Positions 27,841 through 38,433 of a stretch of DNA of 64,000 nt are shown here, piece by piece. Numbering within the stretch: the first letter of the stretch is position 1; every line of letters starts with the position of its first letter. Below the pieces are notes generated by a model. The model was not told where the DNA came from. It did no database searches and saw only the letters and a program-made list of their open reading frames with translations. A program made the translations under genes and the position numbers. This DNA comes from Candidatus Limnocylindrales bacterium (lineage in GTDB: Bacteria; Verrucomicrobiota; Verrucomicrobiia; Limisphaerales; UBA11358): NCBI GenBank assembly GCA_035604955.1, contig DATNHM010000034.1:10889-74888 (forward strand), written 5' to 3'.

Positions 27841-28737
27841 ATGCAACCCTTGATTATCAACGCGGCCATCACCGGCATGGTTCCGATGCCATCGGACAAT
27901 GCGTCGCTGCCCGTGACGGTCAAACAGATTATTGCTGAAGCCCGCCGCTGCGCCGACGCCGGTGCTTCTATCATCCACGTCCATGCGCGGGGTGACGATG
28001 GCGCGCCGACCTGGCAGAAGGAAATCTATCAGGATATTATAGACGGCATCCGGTCCAGTTGTCCCGGGCTGTTGATTTCTGCATCCACCAGCGGGCGTCT
28101 CTGGTTCGAGTATGAAAAACGTTCGGAGGTGTTGGATTGTCGGCCGGATTTGGCTTCCCTGACACCTGGTTCGTTGAATTTTTCCACGGCCGCGTCGGTG
28201 AACCCGCCGCAAATCATCCGCCAATTGGCCGCCGCCATGCTGGAACGCGGCATCATGCCCGAGTTGGAGTTTTTTGAGATCGGCATGATTGATTACGTGC
28301 GCGATTACCTGATCCCCAAAGGTTTCATCCGGAGTCCGCACTACGCGAATCTGCTTCTGGGTTCGCTGGGCACGATGGCCGCGTCCGCCCGCAATTTAGC
28401 CCACATGGTGGAAGCGCTGCCGACGGGCACGGTGTGGTCGGCTGCCGGCATCGGTCGCTTTCAATCTCCCATCCACAATCTGGCCATCCAAATGGGCGGT
28501 CATGTGCGAGTCGGTCTGGAAGACAATCTTTGGATGGACGCGGAAAAAACCGATCCGGCCACCAACGTCCGGCTCATCGAACAGGTCGTCCGGGAGGCGG
28601 AAGCCGCTGGACGTCCCATTGCCAGCCCGGCCGTCGCGCGGAACATTATTGGTATACGCAAGGAAACCCGGGTCATTCCCTTTGTGCCTGACCGGATAGC
28701 CGCCGTCAAAAGTGCCCGGCGGCGAATAACTCTGTGA
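27841..28737 (+). CDS. BKACE-family (DUF849, 3-keto-5-aminohexanoate cleavage enzyme-like) protein
   Basis: INAAITGMVP...LPVTVKQIIAEARRCADAGASIIHVHARGDDG matches the BKACE TIM-barrel N-terminal signature. Confidence 0.8.
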   Translation: MQPLIINAAITGMVPMPSDNASLPVTVKQIIAEARRCADAGASIIHVHARGDDGAPTWQKEIYQDIIDGIRSSCPGLLISASTSGRLWFEYEKRSEVLDCRPDLASLTPGSLNFSTAASVNPPQIIRQLAAAMLERGIMPELEFFEIGMIDYVRDYLIPKGFIRSPHYANLLLGSLGTMAASARNLAHMVEALPTGTVWSAAGIGRFQSPIHNLAIQMGGHVRVGLEDNLWMDAEKTDPATNVRLIEQVVREAEAAGRPIASPAVARNIIGIRKETRVIPFVPDRIAAVKSARRRITL

Positions 28738-28804
28738 ATTGGCTGCGAATGGATGTTTGGAATTACCGCTTGTTACTGGTTCAAATTCGCGGTCTCCTGT
28801 TCCA

Positions 28805-30277
28805 ATGATTGATTCCGTTTCCGAGACCGCCGGTGCCACCGCCGATTTGAAAAAGGCGCGGCGCCAAAAACCCGCACTCCGCAATCCGGAATCCGCACTT
28901 GCGGATCGCTTGCCGCCGCATTCCCCCGAAGCCGAGCAAGGCGTGCTCGGTTGCGTGCTGCTTTCGCCGAATGAGTGCATGGGGGAGTGCGTGGAAAAAC
29001 TCAAGGACGGCAGGGAGGTTTTCTACGACCTGCGGCACCAGACTATTTTCGAGACGTTGGTGGCCATGTATGACACGCGGGAGGCGATTGACGTCATCAC
29101 GCTGCAACAACGACTCAAGGACAAGCAACTGTTGGAACAAATCGGCGGGATTGCGTATCTGGCGCAACTGCAGGATGCCGTGCCGAGCGCGGCGAATCTT
29201 TCCTATTACCTCGACATCGTCCGGGAAAAATTCCTGCTGCGGAAGATGATCCAGACCTGCACCGACGTCGTCGGACGGGTTTATGATTATGAAGGCGAGG
29301 TGGACGCGCTGCTGGATGAAGTGGAGCGCGATGTTTTAAGAATTTCCGAATCGCGCGCGCAAAGCGACGTGCTGACGACCAAGGATTTGGTCAACAAGGC
29401 CATCGGCACGATTGAAAACTTTTTCAGCCGCAAAGGAACGCTCACCGGCCTGGCCACGGGCTTTGCGGATTTGGACCGGATGACGGACGGTCTGCATGGC
29501 AGCGAGATGATCGTCATCGCGGCGCGGCCGAGCATGGGCAAGACGTCACTGGCGATGAACATCGTGGAAAACGCGGTCCTGGAGCAAAAATTGCCGGTGG
29601 GTGTGTTCAGCCTGGAAATGAGCGCGGAAGCGCTGGTATTGCGCATGATGTGTTCCATCGCCCGGGTGAATTTGCGGAGCATCCGCGAGGGGTTCATGAG
29701 CGAATCGGACTTCCCCAAACTGACCAGCGCGGCCGGCAAACTGGCAAACGCAAAGCTGTTGATTGACGATACGGCTGCCCTCTCGATCTTGCAGCTCCGG
29801 GCACGGGCGCGGCGCATGTGGCAGCAACATGGCATCAAGCTTTTTGTGGTTGATTATTTACAGTTATTGCATTCTACTGGCCGCCGAGCACAGGAAAACC
29901 GGCAGCAGGAAATTTCGGACATCTCCAGCGGCCTCAAGGCGCTGGCGAAGGAATTACAGGTGCCGGTGCTGGTGCTCAGCCAGTTAAACCGTGAACTCGA
30001 ACGGGACAAAAGCCGCAAGCCGCGGCTGTCGGATTTGCGGGAATCCGGCGCGATTGAACAGGATGCCGACCTGGTCGGTCTGTTGTACAAACCTAACGCG
30101 GGTGACGATGAAGAGGCCGCATTCGGCGAGGAAGCCGATGGTGTGCCGGTCAATTTGCTGATTGCCAAACAACGAAACGGCCCGACGGGCGATATCAATC
30201 TGACATTCTTGAGGCCTTACACGCGATTTGAAAGCGCAGCCAAAGTCAGCGATGAAGATGTGCCGGTGGACCGATAG
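28805..30277 (+). CDS. dnaB: replicative DNA helicase DnaB
   Basis: PPHSPEAEQGVLGCVLL N-terminal domain, Walker A ARPSMGKTS, Walker B LFVVDYLQL, and QLNRELE. The ATG at 28805 is preferred over the TTG at 28739. Confidence 0.93.
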   Translation: MIDSVSETAGATADLKKARRQKPALRNPESALADRLPPHSPEAEQGVLGCVLLSPNECMGECVEKLKDGREVFYDLRHQTIFETLVAMYDTREAIDVITLQQRLKDKQLLEQIGGIAYLAQLQDAVPSAANLSYYLDIVREKFLLRKMIQTCTDVVGRVYDYEGEVDALLDEVERDVLRISESRAQSDVLTTKDLVNKAIGTIENFFSRKGTLTGLATGFADLDRMTDGLHGSEMIVIAARPSMGKTSLAMNIVENAVLEQKLPVGVFSLEMSAEALVLRMMCSIARVNLRSIREGFMSESDFPKLTSAAGKLANAKLLIDDTAALSILQLRARARRMWQQHGIKLFVVDYLQLLHSTGRRAQENRQQEISDISSGLKALAKELQVPVLVLSQLNRELERDKSRKPRLSDLRESGAIEQDADLVGLLYKPNAGDDEEAAFGEEADGVPVNLLIAKQRNGPTGDINLTFLRPYTRFESAAKVSDEDVPVDR

Positions 30278-30280
30278 ACG

Positions 30281-32755
30281 ATGAAATTATTTTTTCGCCT
30301 TTTCGGGATATGCCTCCTGCTGGGCTGCGCGCCGGCCGTGTGGTCGCAAACTGCCGGGCTTAAAATTGACCGCGTGGACATCAAATACGTCGGCCCGGCG
30401 TCCGTCAGCGAACAATTCATCCGTTCCAACATCCGGCTCAAGGCGGGAGACTTCTACATTGCCAGCGCTTCCGAGGCGGACATTCGCAGCCTCTATGCCA
30501 CGGGACAGTTTTATAACATCCGGGTGAGCCTGGATCAGGCCAGCGATGGGGGCGTGGTGCTGACGTATATCGTGCAGGCCCGCCCGCGCCTGACGGAGAT
30601 TAAAATCGATGGCAACAAAAAACTGAGCGCCTCGAAAATCCGGAAGAAGATCACCGCCAAGGTCGGCCAGCCGTTGGACGAACAAAAACTGTTCACCGAC
30701 AGCCAGGAGATCCAGAAACTTTATGAAAAATACGGTTATGCCGGCACCAGGGTCAAATACGTGGTGGACGTGGATGAAAACGCCGGGCGCGGCACGGCGA
30801 CGTTTCAAATCACCGAGCAGCCGAAGGTCAAAATTGTAAAAGTTGAATTTATCGGCGCGGCGGCATTTTCCCAGCGGGAACTGCGCAAGCAACTCAAAAC
30901 CCGGCAACGCTGGATGTTTTCATGGCTGACGGGCAGCGACGTGTACAAGGAGGACCAGTTCGCGGATGACCAGGACGCGCTCGTGGAATATTACCGCAGC
31001 CACGGTTACCTGGATTTTGAAATCAAGGACGTAAAACTTGAGCATCCGACGCCCAAAACCATGGACATCCGATTTTTCATTTTCGAAGGCCGGCAATACA
31101 AAGTCGGCTCGGTCAAGTTCACCGGCAACAAGATTTTCAACGACGCGCAGTTGCGTCAAGGGCTCCAATACGTTCACGATTTCGAGCGGGAGCGGGGCAA
31201 GCTCGGCCCGCATGGATTGCCAATGGATGCGGGCGATATTTTTACTCCCGACGGCCTCGACAAGGATGTGACGGCGGTCGAGGATTTTTACGGCAGCAAG
31301 GGATACATTAATGTGAAACAAGGTCCCGCGCTCCAGGTTCTGCGCGTGCCGAACGTCGATACCGGCACGATGGATCTGGAATTTCAAATTGACGAGGGCC
31401 ACAAGTATTACGTCGAGCGCATTGATATCCACGGCAACGTCAAGACCAAGGACAAGGTCATCCGGCGCGAACTGGCCATCTCCCCCGGCGAGGTCTTCGA
31501 CATGGTGCGGGTCAAAATCAGCAAGCAACGCCTCGAAGGGCTCCAGTATTTCGACAAGGTGGACATGAACCCGGAGCCGACCGATCCGCCGATTGCCGGG
31601 CGCCAGAATCTGGTCGTGGACGTCGAGGAACAAAATACCGGCAAACTGATGCTCGGCGCGGGCTTCAGTTCCGTGGATTCGGTGGTGGGTTTCATTGAAA
31701 TCGAGCAGGCCAATTTTGATTTGTTCCATCCGCCCTACTTTACGGGTGGCGGCCAGCGGGCGCGGCTTTTCATCCAATTGGGCAGCCAGCGACAGGATTA
31801 TGAACTCCTGTTCAGCGAGCCGTGGTTTATGAATCGCAAGCTCCGGCTGGACGTGGACCTCTATCGGCATCAATGGGATTTTGAAAGCCCCAACAACATT
31901 TTCAATGAAACCCGCACCGGCGCCAGCGTCAGCCTGACCCGCGCCCTGTGGAGTGACTTCCTCATGGGCACAATTGGTTACAACATCGAGGATGTGGGTA
32001 TCTCCTTGAACGGTGGTTGGCATGGTGATGAACTGGTTCCAAGTCCTATTTTTCCTTATCCGCTGATCCCGATTTTACCAAATGTGCCAAGCGCCATTCT
32101 GGAACAAAACGGGGATCATTTGTTCCATCATTTCACCGCTTCACTGGCCTATGACACACGTAACAGCATCGAACTGCCCAATGGCGGTCAGCGCACGGAA
32201 TTCGATCCGGAGTTTGTAACCGGCGACAGCACGTATTACAAACTGGAACTTAAAACCGAGTGGTTCTTCCGTGGTCTGTACAAGAGTCACGTCATCGAAT
32301 TGAGTGGACGCGCGGGTATCGCGGACGGTTTGGGCACCGAAGATGTGCCGTTTTATGACCGTTACTATCTCGGCGGCCTCTACAATCTGCGCGGCTTCAA
32401 GTATCGCAATATCGGCCCCCGTGACCCTTTGTTTGGCATCCAGCCTCTTTTACCCAATGAACCGGTTGGCGGCGACAGTTACTGGTTTGGTTCCGTTGAT
32501 TACTACATTCCCATCATTCAGAAAGAGGGTGGCGTTAGCCTGCGTTTCGATCTCTTCTACGACGCTGGGTCTGTCAGCACGCAACCTTATTCGTTCTCCG
32601 GCAGCGTGAGTGACGACTACGGGGTTGGCTTGCTTTTGAACATTCCCCATTTGGGTCCCTTGCAGCTGTATTACGGCATCCCCATCAGCCATGACCAATT
32701 CAACAGTGGTGCCGGCAAGTTTCAATTTGGATTTGGCTATTCGCGTGAATTTTAA
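30281..32755 (+). CDS. bamA: outer membrane protein assembly factor BamA
   Basis: It has a signal peptide and POTRA repeats (I..V.I.G....S), followed by a C-terminal Omp85 barrel ending FQFGFGYSREF. The start lies 3 nt after the dnaB stop. Confidence 0.92.
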   Translation: MKLFFRLFGICLLLGCAPAVWSQTAGLKIDRVDIKYVGPASVSEQFIRSNIRLKAGDFYIASASEADIRSLYATGQFYNIRVSLDQASDGGVVLTYIVQARPRLTEIKIDGNKKLSASKIRKKITAKVGQPLDEQKLFTDSQEIQKLYEKYGYAGTRVKYVVDVDENAGRGTATFQITEQPKVKIVKVEFIGAAAFSQRELRKQLKTRQRWMFSWLTGSDVYKEDQFADDQDALVEYYRSHGYLDFEIKDVKLEHPTPKTMDIRFFIFEGRQYKVGSVKFTGNKIFNDAQLRQGLQYVHDFERERGKLGPHGLPMDAGDIFTPDGLDKDVTAVEDFYGSKGYINVKQGPALQVLRVPNVDTGTMDLEFQIDEGHKYYVERIDIHGNVKTKDKVIRRELAISPGEVFDMVRVKISKQRLEGLQYFDKVDMNPEPTDPPIAGRQNLVVDVEEQNTGKLMLGAGFSSVDSVVGFIEIEQANFDLFHPPYFTGGGQRARLFIQLGSQRQDYELLFSEPWFMNRKLRLDVDLYRHQWDFESPNNIFNETRTGASVSLTRALWSDFLMGTIGYNIEDVGISLNGGWHGDELVPSPIFPYPLIPILPNVPSAILEQNGDHLFHHFTASLAYDTRNSIELPNGGQRTEFDPEFVTGDSTYYKLELKTEWFFRGLYKSHVIELSGRAGIADGLGTEDVPFYDRYYLGGLYNLRGFKYRNIGPRDPLFGIQPLLPNEPVGGDSYWFGSVDYYIPIIQKEGGVSLRFDLFYDAGSVSTQPYSFSGSVSDDYGVGLLLNIPHLGPLQLYYGIPISHDQFNSGAGKFQFGFGYSREF

Positions 32756-32768
32756 CAAGAGCCGTCGT

Positions 32769-35700
32769 ATGAAAAAGTTTTTGTCGTTAAAAACAACCCT
32801 TCTGGGGCTGGGTTGTGCAGCTGCCTTGAATGTGTTTGGGTTCACACCCTTGCGCCCCGTCCCGGCGGAACTCGGCAATCTGCCGCTATACTTCGAAACC
32901 CATCCCGATCCAACTTCCGGCCCGGTCCAATTCCTTACCCGCGGCTGTAATTACCAGTTTTTGCTTTCTCCGACGGCGGTCCAAATCTCGCTTGGCAAAA
33001 CCGGGGTCAAACCTGCTGAAGTACGGATGCATTTTGCCGGGGCCAATCCCGGAGCGCAGATATCTGGCGACACCGAACTGCCCGGCAAAATCAATTATCT
33101 CATCGGCAACAATCCAGCGAAGTGGCATACGGGTGTAGCCACGTTTGCGCGGGTGCGAGTGGAACGGCTTTATCCCGCTATCAATCTGGTGTACTACGGT
33201 AACCAGCGGCAGCTTGAATATGATTTCACTGTTGCGCCGGGCGCGAATCCAGACGCGATAAGGATTCATTTCGATGGTGTGGACAAAATTTCAATTGGAC
33301 CGCAGGAAGAATTGATTCTGGCGGTGGGAGGAAGCGAAATTCGCCAACCGGCGCCGGTCATTTACCAGACACTTCACGGCCAGCACCAGGCAGTCACCGG
33401 CCGCTATCGGCTGGTGGATGCCCATACGATCGCCTTCGCCATCGGAAAATATGATCAAAAACAGCCATTGGTGATTGATCCGATATTGGGTTTCTCAACC
33501 TATTTTGGTGGCAATTCCATTGATTTAGCCTCGTCAGTCGCTCTGGACACAAATGGGTTTGTCTATATCGCGGGTCAGACACTATCCTCCCGATTTTATC
33601 CCACGCCTGGCGCGATTCAGACGAATTTTGCGGGCGGCGGTATCACCGGTGATGCCTTCGTGGCTAAATTGACGACTAACGGTCAAAGTCTCATCTATTT
33701 CACTTACCTGGGCGGCAATGCGGATGACGCTGCCTATGCGCTGGCGGTGGATGGCGCGGGCGACGCTTATGTAACCGGTTTCACAGATTCGAAAAATTTC
33801 CCTGTCACCAACAGCATTCCCGGCGGGGTTGAAGGACTCTCCAACTCCATGAAGATCAGTGGAATAGTGGGGCCTACCGGTTATTACCCGGGAGATGCCT
33901 TTGTTGCAGAATTAAGCCCCAGCGGCTCAAATCTGGTCTATTCAACTTACCTGGGTGGTTCGGCCACAGATGCGGGCATCGGTATTGCCGTGGATTCTTC
34001 AGGAAACGCCTATGTGACCGGAGTTTCTTACTCGACCAATTTCCCCACGACCCTCAATGCATTCCAAAAAAATCTGATGGTCACCAATTGGGCTTACCAG
34101 GCTTACTTCAACGCTAATGCGTTTGTGACTGAAATCAGCGCCAACGGCACAAATTTGCTTTATTCCTCCTACCTCGGCGGCACCAACTTCGATCAAGGCG
34201 ATGCGATCGCCGTTGACATTTCAAATAATGTCTATGTGACGGGGCTCACTGCTTCAACTAATTTTCCCACGACCAATGCCGTGCAACAGCAGTTCGTCTC
34301 CGTGATATTGACAACCAATTCCGCGCCCACCAACGTGGTGTTGATTACCAATTTCTTCAATGGTTATTTACTCAATGGCACGACGAATGTGGACCCAGCC
34401 TTCGATGCCTTTGTCGCCAAATTCGCTCCGGGCTGCACCAGTCTGATCTATTCCACTTTCCTGGGCGGGACCAACAATGACGTTGCCGACGGCATTGCCG
34501 TGGACGGTTCGGGCAACGCTTATGTGACCGGGTGGACGGTCTCTACCAATTTCCCCAATACCATCACGAACGTCGCTGGTTTATATAATGGCCTGACTAA
34601 CAACGCCGGTCTTTTTTTCCCGCTCATCACCAATGCCTTCCTGACGCAAATTGTCTGGAACGGCACCACCACCAATGCGGCCATCGGCTATTCCGCGGTC
34701 TTCGGTGGTACTAATTTCGGCTTTGATGTCGGCTATGGCGTGGCCGTGGACCCGTCTGGCGATGTGTTCGTGGTTGGTTCATCTTCCTCGACCAATTTCC
34801 CGGCGGTTAACACGCCCGGTTTCTTTGGCCCCACCAATGCCGGCGGCAGTGATGCCTTTGTCATCGCTTTTAATACCAATGCCACCGCCATTCTTTATTC
34901 CGGTTATTTGGGCGGCTCCGGCGATGACTTCGGCTACGGCATCGCGGTGGACGCTCTGACCAATGTATACATTGTCGGCCAGACCGCCTCGATAAACTTT
35001 CCGACCCTTTTTCCGTATCAGCCTTCGCTCAATGGCCCAAGCGACGCCTTCCTGGCCAAGATTGGTTGGGCCGTATTGCCGCCGCAGATCACCGACCAGT
35101 CCTCCTTGACCAACCGGTTGGTGGAGAAGGGACAGTCCGTAACGTTTTCAATCACGGCCACCGGGACGCCGCCATTGAGTTACCAATGGCAATTGAACGG
35201 GACGAATCTGGCTGGAACAAATGTCTTTGGCGCTACCAATGCCACGCTGACCATCAGTCCCGCACAGACAAACGACAGCGGAACCTATCAGGTCATCGTT
35301 ACCAATTTTGCCGGATCGGTCACCAGTTCCAATGCCGTATTGACGGTTCAGTCGGCTCCGCTGATCACGCTACAGCCGACGAATCAAACGGCGGGTGTCG
35401 GTTCCACTGTGCAATTCTTCGTCAACGGTCCCGGGCCGTCGCCGCCGTACTTTTTCCAGTGGTTCAAAGATGGTTTGAGTCTGACGAACGGGACGAACGC
35501 CAGTGGTTCTGTCATCAGCAATGCAACCTTTGACCCGCTGATTATCAGCAACGTACAGACAAATGACGCCGGGAATTATTGGATAGTCATCACGAATGCC
35601 GGAGGATCCACAACCAGTTCTGTTGCTGTGCTGACGGTGTTATCTTTCCCGACGATCATTGTGCCGCCGACCAACCAGACGGTAGGGTTGGGATCACTGG

Positions 35701-36155
35701 TGACCTTTAATGTCACTGCCGTTGGAGCGGTGCCGTTGAGTTATCAATGGCAGGCGAATGGAACGAGTTTGGTCAACGGAGGGCGCATCACCGGCGCAAC
35801 TACCAACGTACTGACCATCACCAACGCGCAAACAAGCGATAACGGGGGCTATACGGTCATTGTTACAAACAGTGTTGGGTCGGTAACCAGCGCTCCTCCT
35901 GCTGTCTTGACAGTGCTGACAGCGCCGCTTTTCAATGGTATCACGGCGGACACCAACGGCGGTTTCATTTTGACGGGCGTGGGGGGCACCAACAGTGGTT
36001 CCTATACCGTGTTGACCTCGACCAACCTGGCGATACCGCCGGCGCTCTGGACGCCGGTGGCGACCAATCAATTCGGCAACCAGGGCCAGTTTGTTTTCAC
36101 CAACATCGCGCCCACCGACGTGCCGCAACTGTTTTACCTTCTGCAAATGCAATAA
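32769..36155 (+). CDS. giant secreted protein: SBBP-type beta-propeller repeats + three Ig I-set-like domains + shared C-terminal tail
   Basis: Signal peptide MKKFLSLKTTLLGLGCAAALNVFG. It has about 8 repeats of DAFVAKL..G..L.YSTYLGG...D.G.GIAVD.SGNAYVTG.T.S.NFPT. There are three domains of the type PLSYQWQ.NGT.L...TNATLTI..AQT.D.G.Y.V.VTN..GSVTS. The C-terminus is ...ALWTPVATN...PQLFYLLQMQ. Confidence 0.8.
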   Translation: MKKFLSLKTTLLGLGCAAALNVFGFTPLRPVPAELGNLPLYFETHPDPTSGPVQFLTRGCNYQFLLSPTAVQISLGKTGVKPAEVRMHFAGANPGAQISGDTELPGKINYLIGNNPAKWHTGVATFARVRVERLYPAINLVYYGNQRQLEYDFTVAPGANPDAIRIHFDGVDKISIGPQEELILAVGGSEIRQPAPVIYQTLHGQHQAVTGRYRLVDAHTIAFAIGKYDQKQPLVIDPILGFSTYFGGNSIDLASSVALDTNGFVYIAGQTLSSRFYPTPGAIQTNFAGGGITGDAFVAKLTTNGQSLIYFTYLGGNADDAAYALAVDGAGDAYVTGFTDSKNFPVTNSIPGGVEGLSNSMKISGIVGPTGYYPGDAFVAELSPSGSNLVYSTYLGGSATDAGIGIAVDSSGNAYVTGVSYSTNFPTTLNAFQKNLMVTNWAYQAYFNANAFVTEISANGTNLLYSSYLGGTNFDQGDAIAVDISNNVYVTGLTASTNFPTTNAVQQQFVSVILTTNSAPTNVVLITNFFNGYLLNGTTNVDPAFDAFVAKFAPGCTSLIYSTFLGGTNNDVADGIAVDGSGNAYVTGWTVSTNFPNTITNVAGLYNGLTNNAGLFFPLITNAFLTQIVWNGTTTNAAIGYSAVFGGTNFGFDVGYGVAVDPSGDVFVVGSSSSTNFPAVNTPGFFGPTNAGGSDAFVIAFNTNATAILYSGYLGGSGDDFGYGIAVDALTNVYIVGQTASINFPTLFPYQPSLNGPSDAFLAKIGWAVLPPQITDQSSLTNRLVEKGQSVTFSITATGTPPLSYQWQLNGTNLAGTNVFGATNATLTISPAQTNDSGTYQVIVTNFAGSVTSSNAVLTVQSAPLITLQPTNQTAGVGSTVQFFVNGPGPSPPYFFQWFKDGLSLTNGTNASGSVISNATFDPLIISNVQTNDAGNYWIVITNAGGSTTSSVAVLTVLSFPTIIVPPTNQTVGLGSLVTFNVTAVGAVPLSYQWQANGTSLVNGGRITGATTNVLTITNAQTSDNGGYTVIVTNSVGSVTSAPPAVLTVLTAPLFNGITADTNGGFILTGVGGTNSGSYTVLTSTNLAIPPALWTPVATNQFGNQGQFVFTNIAPTDVPQLFYLLQMQ

Positions 36156-36225
36156 CCATGACCGGCCAGCCGGGATTTAAGCCCGCCAGTTTTCAGTTGG
36201 CGTTTGCCGAAAACTCTGTTTTCCT

Positions 36226-36870
36226 ATGCCCATGAAACGCGTTTTGCGAATTATTTTTCCGGCGGTTTTGTTGATGTCGCTTTTAAGCAGCTCCGCCCTG
36301 GCGCAGCAGAAGATCGCCACGGTGGACATGCGCAAGCTCTTTGACGGTTATTGGAAAACCAAGCAGGCCGAGACCGCGCTCAATGACCGCAAGGCCGAAC
36401 TGGACAAGGAGGACCGCGGTTTCCTTGATAATTTGCAGAAAGACCGGGACGCATATCAAAAATTACTGGATGCGGCCGCCGACCAGGCCATCTCGGCCGA
36501 CGAGCGCGACAAACGCAAACAAGCCGCGGCTGACAAATACGCCGAGATCAAGGATTCGCAAACGGCCATTGTGCAATTTGAACGCCAGGCCCAGGCAACC
36601 CTGGGCGCCCAAACCCAACGGATGCGCGGCGATATTATCAAGGAAATCACAGCGGCGGTGAGCACCAAGGCCAAGGCTGCCGGTTACACCATGGTGGTGG
36701 ACATCGCCTCGGATAATGCCAACCAAACATCGGTGGTGCTTTACACTGATGGTCAAAGTGATTTGACGGCGGCGGTCCTCGCCCAGCTCAACGCCGGCGC
36801 CCCCATTGACCTGAACAAGGCAGCCGCATCGGCTGTGCCCGCGTTGACGATTACCACCAACAGCCCGTAG
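36226..36870 (+). CDS. skp: OmpH/Skp-family periplasmic chaperone
   Basis: It has a signal peptide. IATVDMRKLFDGYWKTKQAETALNDRKAELDKE is the typical OmpH coiled-coil start. In many Gram-negative bacteria skp lies directly downstream of bamA. Confidence 0.8.
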   Translation: MPMKRVLRIIFPAVLLMSLLSSSALAQQKIATVDMRKLFDGYWKTKQAETALNDRKAELDKEDRGFLDNLQKDRDAYQKLLDAAADQAISADERDKRKQAAADKYAEIKDSQTAIVQFERQAQATLGAQTQRMRGDIIKEITAAVSTKAKAAGYTMVVDIASDNANQTSVVLYTDGQSDLTAAVLAQLNAGAPIDLNKAAASAVPALTITTNSP

Positions 36871-36879
36871 CGGGCCATT

Positions 36880-38061
36880 TTAACTGGCGCTGAGCCGCTG
36901 CACCGGTTTCTCAAACAACATCCGGTGCGCCTCCTCCAGAATTTCGGGAATCCGCCTGGCAAACGGGCTCCGCTGAATCGCCGTCTGCAAATCCAGTTCC
37001 CGGATCTTCGCCGCGTTCTGGCCGGGGAACCAATGCTCGGCCTGGCCCAGCAGGTTGTAGCGCATTTTCCCCCAGGCAACCAGATCGAGTGACTTGGCAT
37101 ACGTCCACAACCGCAAAATTTCCGATACGTTGATTTCGCCGGGCACGTCTTCAAAATTGGGCAATCCGTCGAACCACCGCGCGCACCAGTCCGCGCCGAG
37201 CACGCGTTCCATTTCCGCGCGCAACCGCTTTTCAATCGGCGTAATCGTCTCCGGAATCCGGTCGTAAAATTTCAGCGCGCGAACATGCTCGTCAAAATCC
37301 GCGGGCCGGGCCGGGCCGCAGCTCAGGGTGTGAACTTCCTTTCGCGCCAGGCAATAAAGGTCGTTGAACTCCATCGGCGTCAGCGGCGCGCACAGCTTTA
37401 CCAGTTTTTCCGGCGGCTCATAGAGTTTTCCGCCCTTGTCGTTCGGGCTGATGATGAATACACCCATGTCCTGCCGGTGCGCCGCCACCACCGCTGCCCG
37501 GTTCAAATCATTCACGAAATACCAGTGAACATTCATGTAATCGAACCCGCCGCTGTTCACTGCGTCCAGGATGACATCCGTGGTCGCGTGGGTGGAGAAA
37601 CCAACGAACCGCGCGCGGCCTTCCCTTTGCAACTGCCGGGCCGCAGCCAGACAGCCGTCTTTCTTCAGTGACCAGTCCAGCAGTTCGCGATTGTTAATGC
37701 CGTGCAAGGAAAGCAAGTCCACGTGGTCCAGCTTCAGGTACTTCATCGAAGTCTCAAAGTCCTTGAGAAACTCCGGCTGCGTGGCGTAGAGCTTGATTTT
37801 GGTCTGGACGATGATTTTCTCTCGCGGCAATTCCGGCAGGACGTTGCCGAGTTGCATTTCCGAGGTGCCGTAGCCACGCGCCGTCTCGATATGATTAATG
37901 CCGAGTTCCAGCGCGTGGTGGATGGTGGCCTCGATGTTTTCCTGGCTTTCGCGCGGGATTTCCCCGGGTGCCACATCCTGCCACTTAAACTGGTAACGCA
38001 TCCCGCCACAGGAAATCACCGGCATGGCCAGTTCCGTCCGCCCAAAACGACGATATTTCAT
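36880..38061 (-). CDS. aldo/keto reductase family oxidoreductase (long form)
   Basis: [46 protein letters not shown]. Confidence 0.8.
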   Translation of the reverse strand: MKYRRFGRTELAMPVISCGGMRYQFKWQDVAPGEIPRESQENIEATIHHALELGINHIETARGYGTSEMQLGNVLPELPREKIIVQTKIKLYATQPEFLKDFETSMKYLKLDHVDLLSLHGINNRELLDWSLKKDGCLAAARQLQREGRARFVGFSTHATTDVILDAVNSGGFDYMNVHWYFVNDLNRAAVVAAHRQDMGVFIISPNDKGGKLYEPPEKLVKLCAPLTPMEFNDLYCLARKEVHTLSCGPARPADFDEHVRALKFYDRIPETITPIEKRLRAEMERVLGADWCARWFDGLPNFEDVPGEINVSEILRLWTYAKSLDLVAWGKMRYNLLGQAEHWFPGQNAAKIRELDLQTAIQRSPFARRIPEILEEAHRMLFEKPVQRLSAS

Positions 38062-38131
38062 CGGGCCGAAAAATAAGTGACCCCCGGAACTCTGGCAAGC
38101 AACGCCACCCGATTTTGGCCTTAAAAATTGC

Positions 38132-38160
38132 TTGCCGCCCCCGCCCGCCTGGCGTATAGT
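38132..38160 (+). promoter_or_regulatory. sigma70-like promoter of rpmI-rplT (TTGCCG-N17-TATAGT) with A/T-rich upstream element
   Basis: TTGCCG 38132-38137 and TATAGT 38155-38160, with ttaaaaatt immediately upstream. Confidence 0.45.
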
Positions 38161-38194
38161 TTGCGCTCTTTTGCAATAGAGATTTTAAGATTTT

Positions 38195-38404
38195 ATGCGA
38201 CGTCCCAAAGGCATCAAAACCAGAAAGTCCGTGGCCAAACGGTTCAAGATTACGGCGCGCGGAAAAGTACTGCGCTCCAGCGCAGGCCGGCGCCACCTGG
38301 CGCAATCCAAAAACCCAAAACGACGACGCGGTCTGCGCGGACTGACTGGCGTGGACGTCACCGACGCTTATCGCATCACGCAGAATCTGCCTTTCAGCCA
38401 CTGA
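38195..38404 (+). CDS. rpmI: 50S ribosomal protein L35
   Basis: MRRPKGIKTRKSVAKRFKITARGKVLRSSAGRRHL, 69 aa. Confidence 0.93.
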   Translation: MRRPKGIKTRKSVAKRFKITARGKVLRSSAGRRHLAQSKNPKRRRGLRGLTGVDVTDAYRITQNLPFSH

Positions 38405-38405
38405 C

Positions 38406-38433
38406 TCTCAACTTTCAACATTCAACTCTCAAC
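38406..38433. repeat. four tandem heptamers (NNTCAAC) filling the rpmI-rplT spacer, flanked by CTGACTC direct repeats
   Basis: CTGACTC tcaac tttcaac attcaac tctcaac TGACTC, then ATG at 38440. Confidence 0.5.
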
